Positions 50,482-56,717 of a stretch of DNA of 64,000 nt are shown one piece after another. Within the stretch, counting starts at the first letter, position 1, and every line of letters begins with the position of its first letter. The translations under genes and the position numbers were made by a program. A model generated the notes under the pieces. It was not told where the DNA came from. It saw only the letters and a program-made list of their open reading frames with translations, and made no database searches. Origin of the DNA: a virus; IMG/VR virus record IMGVR_UViG_3300048598_000530, positions 28,439 through 92,438 of that record. One strand, written 5' to 3'.

Positions 50482-50547
50482 CCGATCAGATTTGAACTGA
50501 TGACTTCGCTTTGGAAGAGCAAGATGTTTCCACTACAACACGGTTGC
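50477..50547 (-). tRNA. tRNA-Gly(UCC)
   Basis: GCAACCG/CGGTTGC acceptor, loop CTTCCAA, U73; weak D-stem. Confidence 0.85.
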
Positions 50548-51427
50548 AATAATATTCTTTCCAATCTAAACCTTGATATTTTTTACTTCCTGTTCTTTTT
50601 TTAATATATGTTTGTTTATCAATATCAGGGAAGTTTAAACGTAAAAATTTTCTGATACTAGTTCCAGATATTCCTAATTTATTTTTTGCTTCTTTAAGCC
50701 ATCCTCGTTTAGACATATCAATAGTTTTAAGAATTTCTAATTTGTTTTTAATTTCTTCTTGTCTTTTATCTTCTTTTTGTTTTTTCTTAAAATTTTCTCG
50801 TTTAATTATTTCATCTAACAAGTTTAATGTCTTCAATTGTGTTTTTGTCAACTTATTTATTTCTATTTCTTGTTCTTTTTCGTTTTTTAAAACTCTTAAA
50901 GTTTCTTCTAATATTTGTTTTGTATTATTGAATAACACTTTAAAAGAAATTCTTAACACCTTATAACCTAAAGATTTTAATAATTCGTCCTTAGATTTAT
51001 CTGAAATTTGTCTATTTTTATATTTATAATGTTGTTGTCCATCTATCTCAATTGCAAGTTTTAATTTTAAGAAAAAGAAATCAATTCTATATTTTGAAAC
51101 TTGAAACTCTCTAACATAATCAATATTTGTTTCAAACCCGTTATTTATCAAAAAATTTTCAAAAAACTCTTCTGCATAAGAACGATTTTTCCAGCCTTTA
51201 CCTTTTGACAATTTCATTGCTTCACTTGCTGTTCTAAATTTACCTTTTAATGCGTAACTTACAAGACTATAAGTGAAACCTTTTTCTACTATTTCTCTAC
51301 TGCACAAGCCTTGGTCATAAAATAAACATATTTGTTCGCGCTCGTTTTGTGTTATGCACACATGATTTGAAAAACTTTGCTTTATAATAGTACGTAAACA
51401 ACGAGAACATGTTTGTGTTTTTGACAT
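50486..51427 (-). CDS. DUF559/Vsr-like endonuclease (putative homing endonuclease); 3' end runs through tRNA-Gly(UCC)
   Basis: REFQVSKYRIDF...AIEIDGQQH. Confidence 0.75.
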   Translation of the reverse strand: MSKTQTCSRCLRTIIKQSFSNHVCITQNEREQICLFYDQGLCSREIVEKGFTYSLVSYALKGKFRTASEAMKLSKGKGWKNRSYAEEFFENFLINNGFETNIDYVREFQVSKYRIDFFFLKLKLAIEIDGQQHYKYKNRQISDKSKDELLKSLGYKVLRISFKVLFNNTKQILEETLRVLKNEKEQEIEINKLTKTQLKTLNLLDEIIKRENFKKKQKEDKRQEEIKNKLEILKTIDMSKRGWLKEAKNKLGISGTSIRKFLRLNFPDIDKQTYIKKRTGSKKYQGLDWKEYYCNRVVVETSCSSKAKSSVQI

Positions 51428-51447
51428 AAATTACCAAATCAAAAAAA

Positions 51448-51537
51448 TGGCTGACAGGGAGGGACTTGAACCCCCACAGAGTTTCACCTCGTACGCCACA
51501 TTAACAGTGTGGTCACTTGCCATTAGTGTACCTGTCA
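51448..51537 (-). tRNA. tRNA-Asn(GUU) with an atypical 20-nt variable arm, CCA encoded
   Basis: TGACAGG/CCTGTCA acceptor (U1-A72), G73, loop CTGTTAA, variable region CGTACGAGGTGAAACTCTGT. Confidence 0.8.
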
Positions 51538-51554
51538 GTAAAAGAATATTTAAA

Positions 51555-51626
51555 CGGAACATAGGGGAATTGAACCCCTGTCGTCAGATTGACAGTCTGG
51601 CATCCTAACCACTAGACGAATGCTCC
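51555..51626 (-). tRNA. tRNA-Asp(GUC)
   Basis: GGAGCAT/ATGTTCC acceptor, loop CTGTCAA, G73. Confidence 0.9.
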
Positions 51627-51634
51627 ATATTTTT

Positions 51635-51707
51635 CAGATAGAAAGGGATTTGAACCCCTAATCAACTGGTTAACAGCCAGTCCGCTTGCCAATTTGCGTA
51701 CCTATCT
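51635..51707 (-). tRNA. tRNA-Asn(GUU)
   Basis: AGATAGG/TCTATCT acceptor, loop CTGTTAA, G73. Confidence 0.88.
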
Positions 51708-51725
51708 ATAATTCAAAGAACTAAA

Positions 51726-51798
51726 TGGAGCCAGAGAGGCTTGAACTCTCAACCCCTGGCTTGCAAAGCCAGTGCTCTTCCAATTGAGCTATGGTCCC
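51726..51798 (-). tRNA. tRNA-Ala(UGC)
   Basis: G3:U70 identity pair, loop TTTGCAA, A73. Confidence 0.92.
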
Positions 51799-51808
51799 AA
51801 AATTTTTT

Positions 51809-52066
51809 CTAATCTAATTCTGAAAAACTATCGTTATGTTTTCTTTCTTGCAAAGATAAACCATAAACTTTTCTTTGATTACCGCACATAATACAAGAAC
51901 AAAGTTTAGTTGTATTTCGTCTTTTTCTTGACGCCATCAACAAACGTTCTTCTCTTTCTTTCGGATCTTTTTCAAAATAAAATCCATTCCAATAACGATA
52001 ACCTCGTTTTTTGCCTTTGGTATCTCCAACGACAAAACGTTCTAACCGATTTCTCGGATGTGACAT
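51809..52066 (-). CDS. Small basic hypothetical protein with a Cys motif
   Basis: 85 aa, CSCIMCGN; AAGGAG RBS. Confidence 0.6.
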   Translation of the reverse strand: MSHPRNRLERFVVGDTKGKKRGYRYWNGFYFEKDPKEREERLLMASRKRRNTTKLCSCIMCGNQRKVYGLSLQERKHNDSFSELD

Positions 52067-52139
52067 AATGACTCCTTACTGCATCCTCTGGTGGGATGCT
52101 ATTGTTTGGATGCCATTATATCCTCCTTTGTTAAATTAA

Positions 52140-52221
52140 TAGGAACGGCGGGATTTGAACCCACATTTACAACATACCAGTTACGATTATCCACCTTATA
52201 AGAGTGGCTCGGTACATTCCT
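52140..52221 (-). tRNA. Non-canonical tRNA-Ile(UAU)-like RNA (D-loop-like element 3' of the anticodon arm)
   Basis: AGGAATG/CGTTCCT acceptor, GTGGG-TTCAAAT-CCCGC T-arm, CCACT-CTTATAA-GGTGG anticodon arm, no D-arm at the normal position. Confidence 0.7.
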
Positions 52222-52227
52222 GTAAAA

Positions 52228-52304
52228 TCTTCTCGATTGGAGTTGAACCAATATGTCACCAATTACCCTTTCTACACCGTATCAGAGTGAGGGGATACGA
52301 GAAG
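52228..52304 (-). tRNA. Non-canonical tRNA-Ile(GAU)-like RNA (same rearranged topology)
   Basis: CTTCTCG/CGAGAAG acceptor, ATTGG-TTCAACT-CCAAT T-arm, CACT-CTGATAC-GGTG anticodon arm. Confidence 0.7.
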
Positions 52305-53291
52305 TTGTTTGCTATAATAAGTTTTCCAGTCGCAATTTTGATATTTCTTAACACTTGTTCTTGGTTTGAAATATGTTTGTTTGTCAATTTCAGGAAAATT
52401 CAATCGTAAAAACCTTCTTATATAAGTACGCGATACTTTAAGTTTTTTTGATAAACTAGTTATCCAACCCCTTTTAGTAATATCTGAATTTTCTAAAATC
52501 ATTTGGAGTTTCTTTTTTATTGTTTCTTCTTTTAGTTTTTTAATTATTTGTTTTTCTTTTAACTTCTGTTCTTGATCTTGTTTTTCTTTAATTTTTTTGA
52601 ATTTATAATATTCAATTACACATTCAGAAAAATTATATAATTTAGGTTGTAAATCAAAACTATCAAGATATTCTAAAAATTGTTTTTCAATTTGTTCAAA
52701 TTCATTTTTTAATTTAAACCCAGGAATTCTAAAAACTTTCCAACCTAATTTTATCAGTTTTTCATTTCTTTTGATATCAATTTGTTTTTGACGCTCACAA
52801 AAAATGTGTTGTGAACCATCAATTTCTACATCAAGTTTTATATTTAAGAATGCAAAATCTAAATAATAAGGAAAAATGCTATATTCTCTTATTATATCGA
52901 ATTTTTCAGAAAGACTGTTTCTTTCAATGATATCTGAAAATATCTTTTCAATATAAGTTTGTTTATTTCTTCGCCATTCGTTTGTACGTTGCATTGACAT
53001 ATATTTTTTTCTGCCATCACGTATTCTTTGTCTTGTTTGTTCTGAAACTTTTCTTGAGTTCTTATGATAAAAAATCTTCATTTGTTGTGATAAACTTCTC
53101 TTATTGTTTTTTATCAAGTACTCTACTGTAGATTTATTGTAGCCCATCTTAATTATTTTACCTGCACTCAATAAATCTTCATAGTATAATTTTAAAATTT
53201 CTTTATTTTCTTGCTCATTGCATTTTTTAATATGATGTGCATAGTTAGATTTTGTTTTAAAAACTTTTCCACAAATTTTGCAATTCCACAT
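52272..53291 (-). CDS. DUF559/Vsr-like endonuclease with an N-terminal C2H2 finger; 3' end overlaps the Ile(GAU)-like RNA
   Basis: CKICGKVFKTKSNYAHH; REYSIFPYYLDF...DVEIDGSQH; ATG at 53291 after AAAGGAG. Confidence 0.75.
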   Translation of the reverse strand: MWNCKICGKVFKTKSNYAHHIKKCNEQENKEILKLYYEDLLSAGKIIKMGYNKSTVEYLIKNNKRSLSQQMKIFYHKNSRKVSEQTRQRIRDGRKKYMSMQRTNEWRRNKQTYIEKIFSDIIERNSLSEKFDIIREYSIFPYYLDFAFLNIKLDVEIDGSQHIFCERQKQIDIKRNEKLIKLGWKVFRIPGFKLKNEFEQIEKQFLEYLDSFDLQPKLYNFSECVIEYYKFKKIKEKQDQEQKLKEKQIIKKLKEETIKKKLQMILENSDITKRGWITSLSKKLKVSRTYIRRFLRLNFPEIDKQTYFKPRTSVKKYQNCDWKTYYSKQLLVSPHSDTV

Positions 53292-53412
53292 TTGAACTCC
53301 TTTAGTAGCGTCAGACAAGCACTCTAATCTAGCTTATTGATAAAAGGAGTACAAATAGTTTTCAAAACACTAAATTTCAAAGAGCAAAATTCAAGCATAA
53401 TAAACTTGAAAA

Positions 53413-53484
53413 TACTCCTACCGAGAATCGAACTCGGATGCCAACAGTGAAAATGTTGTGACTTAGCCATTGGTCTATAGGAGC
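53413..53484 (-). tRNA. tRNA-Glu(UUC)
   Basis: GCTCCTA/TAGGAGT acceptor, loop TTTTCAC. Confidence 0.88.
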
Positions 53485-53499
53485 AATTTTATTTTAAAA

Positions 53500-53572
53500 A
53501 GCCCAGGACAGGGATCGAACCCGCGACATCTACATTACAAGTGTAGCGCTCTACCAACTGAGCTACCTGGGC
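53500..53572 (-). tRNA. tRNA-Thr(UGU)
   Basis: GCCCAGG/CCTGGGC acceptor, loop CTTGTAA. Confidence 0.93.
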
Positions 53573-53588
53573 AAAATTTAAAAGAGCT

Positions 53589-53623
53589 AAAAAGAAACGG
53601 ACCCTGAATTTCTTCAAGGTCCG
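53589..53623 (-). terminator. Attenuator terminator upstream of the tRNA operon
   Basis: CGGACCTTGAA-GAAA-TTCAGGGTCCG (11 bp, one G.U) followed by TTTCTTTTT. Confidence 0.9.
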
Positions 53624-53658
53624 CATCCTAAATTTTATTTTTATATTAGGATGCGGAC
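53619..53658 (-). promoter_or_regulatory. Antiterminator hairpin overlapping the terminator 5' arm
   Basis: Perfect 13-bp inverted repeat GTCCGCATCCTAA / TTAGGATGCGGAC sharing 53619-53623 with the terminator stem. Confidence 0.85.
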
Positions 53659-53659
53659 A

Positions 53660-53737
53660 TTACCCTCCTGTTTCGTCATTACCGTTTATGGTAATACGAT
53701 TTTCGCGGGCTCTGTTTGCTATCCTTGTTGTTTTCAT
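53660..53737 (-). CDS. Leader peptide MKTTRIANRARENRITINGNDETGG (25 aa) of the tRNA operon
   Basis: Hand translation; the stop codon abuts the antiterminator and the codons mirror the downstream tRNA set. Confidence 0.85.
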   Translation of the reverse strand: MKTTRIANRARENRITINGNDETGG

Positions 53738-53743
53738 GTTTTT

Positions 53744-53772
53744 AATATAACAAATAAAAATGTAAATGTAAA
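53744..53772 (-). promoter_or_regulatory. Sigma70-type promoter giving a leaderless leader mRNA
   Basis: TTTACA (53772-53767), 17 nt, TATATT (53749-53744) with an upstream TG; the A of ATG is 7 nt downstream. Confidence 0.7.
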
Positions 53773-53793
53773 GGTTTTTTTATAAAAAATATT

Positions 53794-54003
53794 ATGACAT
53801 TTACAAAACAACTTGATGAAGCAAAATTTTGTATTGAAACAATGAAAACAATCGGTACTTTTCAAAACCATAAAATTGGAATTGTTAATATAGGAAAAGA
53901 TACGTTAACTTTAATAAATGGAAGAGTTTGTCTTTATAGAGAAGATGGTAATACACTGACAACAGAATATGCTCATAGTAAAAAAAGATTGAAGAGAATT
54001 TAA
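53794..54003 (+). CDS. Hypothetical protein (possibly frameshifted; alternative end 54101)
   Basis: 69-aa ORF; adding one A in the A7 run at 53980-53986 extends it by about 37 codons. Confidence 0.4.
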   Translation: MTFTKQLDEAKFCIETMKTIGTFQNHKIGIVNIGKDTLTLINGRVCLYREDGNTLTTEYAHSKKRLKRI

Positions 54004-54521
54004 GAAAAAACAATTTACTGACAACATATTCTACTTGCGTTTGTGTACCTAAGAAACATATAATTCCTTTTCGTTCGAAATACGAAAAAATATTTGGCTG
54101 AAAAACATAAAGAATCGATTTATATAATAAGGAAACAAATAAAAATGTTTGGCAATAAACTTAAAAACATTCGATATTCACTCAAAATTCAGCAAGGAGG
54201 TGTTTAAAACTCAAAAAAGCATTTAGATCTTTCTATGTTGACTGTCAAAGCAGTAGCATTATAGTACATTAGTTAGTGAAAAAAACAAAAGTTTGTGTTT
54301 GTACTGAGAAAGTTCTAAACAATATCTCACCTAAAATTACTGCTTTCTGATTTGAATATCAAATTCAAATCAAACTACAACTTTGCACTTGTTATCTAAG
54401 ACTAAGGTCTGAAAAACACAAGTCTCCTGTAGTTACAAAGCGGGTCCGTTATACTGAGGAAAAAATCGGTATAAAGATGTACTCGTTGTGTAATGTTTAA
54501 CTACAAAAAAGGAGACTTAGA

Positions 54522-54833
54522 ATGAACTTCAAACGTACATATTCTGGTGAATTGACATTGTCTGTTTCAGAAAACAATGCTGGTGTAATTATTGAAATTA
54601 GCAAACAAAAAACAGTAGTTGGATGTATTCAAAAAAGAAAATGGACTTGGTGCCAAAAAACTCAAATTTGCAACATAAAAGAGTTAATGTCAACTGGTCC
54701 AGTGAAGCTGCAAGAGTTATATCATGTTATGAGTGCAAATAATGAATCGAAAAAAGCAAGTATTCGAGGATCGATCTATCATAACTTAGATCAATTCCAA
54801 AAAGTGAATCGTGGTTGCTGGCGGTTGAAGTAA
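54522..54833 (+). CDS. Small protein with a possible C-terminal winged-helix
   Basis: AGGAG RBS; GPVKLQELY...SIRGSIY...RGCWRLK. Confidence 0.55.
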   Translation: MNFKRTYSGELTLSVSENNAGVIIEISKQKTVVGCIQKRKWTWCQKTQICNIKELMSTGPVKLQELYHVMSANNESKKASIRGSIYHNLDQFQKVNRGCWRLK

Positions 54834-54837
54834 AACG

Positions 54838-54862
54838 AGTCGAGAGCGTTATGCTCTCGACT
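54838..54862. terminator. Hairpin between convergent genes
   Basis: AGTCGAGAGC-GTTAT-GCTCTCGACT, perfect 10 bp. Confidence 0.7.
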
Positions 54863-55951
54863 TTATAATAATCTATTAGTTTTGATTATTTTGTAAAGAA
54901 TTTCGACAAATTCTGTATCAAATTCAATAGATCTTCCTTCAAATAAAACTTGTAAAGCAAATTCTATACTTTGTGCTTTTCTATAGGGTCTGTTTGAGAC
55001 TAAAGAATCGAATGTGTCAGCAACAGCAAGAATTCTTGCACCTGTAGGTATTGCTTTTTCTTTTAGTTTATGCGGATAACCTTTTCCATTCCATCTTTCA
55101 TGATGATGTAAAACATAGTCGCTGATCTTACCTACATTATCGACAGGTTTAATTATTTTATAAGACAGTTCAGAGTGTTTTTTGATTAATTCGTATTCTT
55201 CATCTGTAAGTTTGTCTTTTTTAAAAAGAATCTCGTCTTTAACACCAATTTTGCCTATATCATGTAAACGTCCAGCTATAGCAACGTCTTCAATAAATGC
55301 TTCATCATCAGTGTATTCTAAACAAATTTTCTCAGAAAGTTCGCCGACTTTTTCAGAATGATTTTTTGTATACTCATCTCTTTGTTCTAAAGCATTTGTT
55401 AAAGAAGTAAGCGTATTGAAAAAAATCTTATCTCTTTCTTTTTGAATTACAACAATTTTTGCTCTTAAATTCTCAGCTAAATGTGAATTTCTTCTTAAAT
55501 TTTTTGTGTTTCTAGAAGCTTGTAACAATAATAAACCCAATGTTGTTAATTGAAAAGGTTTATTTAAGAATGCATATATATTCTTTTTTATAATTGTTGT
55601 GATAAATTCATCTGTATTAAAACCTGTCATTAAAATAATAGTAAGCTCTGGATCGATTTTATTAGCTTCATCTACAAAATCAAAACCTGTACACCCATCA
55701 TCAAGAAAAATGTCGCAAATAACTACATCAAACTGGTGACTTTCTACAAGGTTTATAGCTTTAGTTAGATTTTCAGCTGTAAAACAATATCCACCATGAT
55801 TTTCTATAAAAGTTTTAAGAAGATCAAGTTGTATATTATCATCATCAACAACAAGAACTGTCAAGTTCATTAAAATAGATGTGTGTTGTATATCTATAAT
55901 GTTCATTATTTTACCTTTAAACTTGACAATGCATATTGAATCAAAATACAC
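54863..55951 (-). CDS. Response regulator receiver fused to an HD-GYP cyclic-dinucleotide phosphodiesterase
   Basis: REC motifs VLVVDDD, VICDIFL, NKP; HD-GYP motifs YTKNHS, LHDIGKIG, HHERWNGKGYP, AVADTFD, RPYRKA. Confidence 0.92.
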   Translation of the reverse strand: MYFDSICIVKFKGKIMNIIDIQHTSILMNLTVLVVDDDNIQLDLLKTFIENHGGYCFTAENLTKAINLVESHQFDVVICDIFLDDGCTGFDFVDEANKIDPELTIILMTGFNTDEFITTIIKKNIYAFLNKPFQLTTLGLLLLQASRNTKNLRRNSHLAENLRAKIVVIQKERDKIFFNTLTSLTNALEQRDEYTKNHSEKVGELSEKICLEYTDDEAFIEDVAIAGRLHDIGKIGVKDEILFKKDKLTDEEYELIKKHSELSYKIIKPVDNVGKISDYVLHHHERWNGKGYPHKLKEKAIPTGARILAVADTFDSLVSNRPYRKAQSIEFALQVLFEGRSIEFDTEFVEILYKIIKTNRLL

Positions 55952-56054
55952 TTATACCCTTGTTTATATTATACCAACGCGTATTAAAAATAATGACAAC
56001 AAAAAAAATTTTTAAAAAAAATATCACTTTTGCTAACTTTGATATATATTTCTC

Positions 56055-56200
56055 TAGAACAATGCTCTTTTAACAGTGATTGCTTACATTACTTTATAGC
56101 TCAGTTGGTTAGAGCGACCGCCTTAAAAGCAGTAAGTCTCAGGTTCGAATCCTGAAAAAGTAGCCAAAATCTAGCATTTACAACTCAGAGTATTGTTCTA
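56055..56200 (+). ncRNA. Y-RNA-like cassette 1: conserved scaffold enclosing a full tRNA-like cloverleaf (56090-56166, UAA loop, CCA)
   Basis: Closing stem TAGAACAATGCTC/GAGTATTGTTCTA; motifs TTTAAC..TGCTTACA and TAGCA..AACTC. Confidence 0.75.
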
Positions 56201-56222
56201 ATTTTAATAACATGAAAATTAT

Positions 56223-56375
56223 TAAAACTGCTCTTTAACAACAGGTGCTTACACATGGTTTAAGTTAGTCCGAAAGACTAATGAAGACGTTCGAATCGTC
56301 TATTCCCCGTTAAGGAAATTTAAGTTTCTTTAACGGGGAATAAAAAGTTCAGCACGTGAAACTCGAGCAGTTTTA
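56223..56375 (+). ncRNA. Y-RNA-like cassette 2: scaffold enclosing a short hairpin, a T-arm and a 17-bp acceptor-like hairpin
   Basis: Closing stem TAAAACTGCTC/GAGCAGTTTTA; AGACG-TTCGAAT-CGTCT T-arm. Confidence 0.75.
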
Positions 56376-56389
56376 TTTTTTGAAATAAT

Positions 56390-56520
56390 CAAGTGTTCTT
56401 TAACTTTAAATGCTTACATGCTTTTTAGCTCAATGGTCGAGCAATTATTTGGGTATAATGGGTTCTTGGTTCAAGTCCAAGGGAAGCGACAAAAAATAGC
56501 ATTTTGAACTCGAACACTTG
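56390..56520 (+). ncRNA. Y-RNA-like cassette 3: scaffold enclosing a degenerate tRNA-Pro-like cloverleaf
   Basis: Closing stem CAAGTGTTC/GAACACTTG; GCTC/GAGC D-arm; CTTGG-TTCAAGT-CCAAG T-arm. Confidence 0.75.
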
Positions 56521-56537
56521 TTTTTTATAAAGGAAAT

Positions 56538-56688
56538 AAAGTCGTGTCTTTTAACGCTGAAAGCATACATTTTTTTCGTCAGTTCAAATCTGACTATCTC
56601 CTCGGTGAGGGGATATGGCCGAGCGGTTTAAGGCAACCAACTGCTAATTGGAACACAAAAATAGCTCTCAAAACTCAGACATGACTTT
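56538..56688 (+). ncRNA. Y-RNA-like cassette 4: scaffold enclosing a circularly permuted tRNA-Ser(GCU)-like module
   Basis: Closing stem AAAGTCGTGTC/GACATGACTTT; arm order T-arm, closed acceptor, D-arm, anticodon arm. Confidence 0.75.
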
Positions 56689-56717
56689 TTAGTTAAATAG
56701 TTTGGTGGTAAGTTAAA

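Noticed and set aside
52155-52409. Plus-strand ORF 52155..52409 (also 48832..49149)
   Set aside because: It is antisense to tRNA genes, with no RBS or recognisable motifs.
53974-54101. Programmed ribosomal frameshift extending ORF 53794
   Set aside because: The A7 run is not in a canonical X XXY YYZ frame and has no stimulatory structure; a sequencing error, decay or polymerase slippage is equally likely.
54420-54521. c-di-GMP-I/II riboswitch
   Set aside because: It lacks the GNRA tetraloop/receptor and conserved core as I recall them; kept only as an unclassified structured leader.
56090-56166. Cassette 1 tRNA as a stop-codon suppressor or evidence of genome recoding
   Set aside because: The anticodon UAA reads UUA (Leu), not a stop. 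Genes across the window end normally at TAA/TAG/TGA with dense packing, so code 11 fits.
56055-56688. Cassette scaffold as a known self-cleaving ribozyme (twister, pistol, hammerhead, hairpin)
   Set aside because: TTTAAC...TGCTTA is superficially similar to pistol/twister segments, but I could not find their required pseudoknots or catalytic cores. An Infernal search would settle it.
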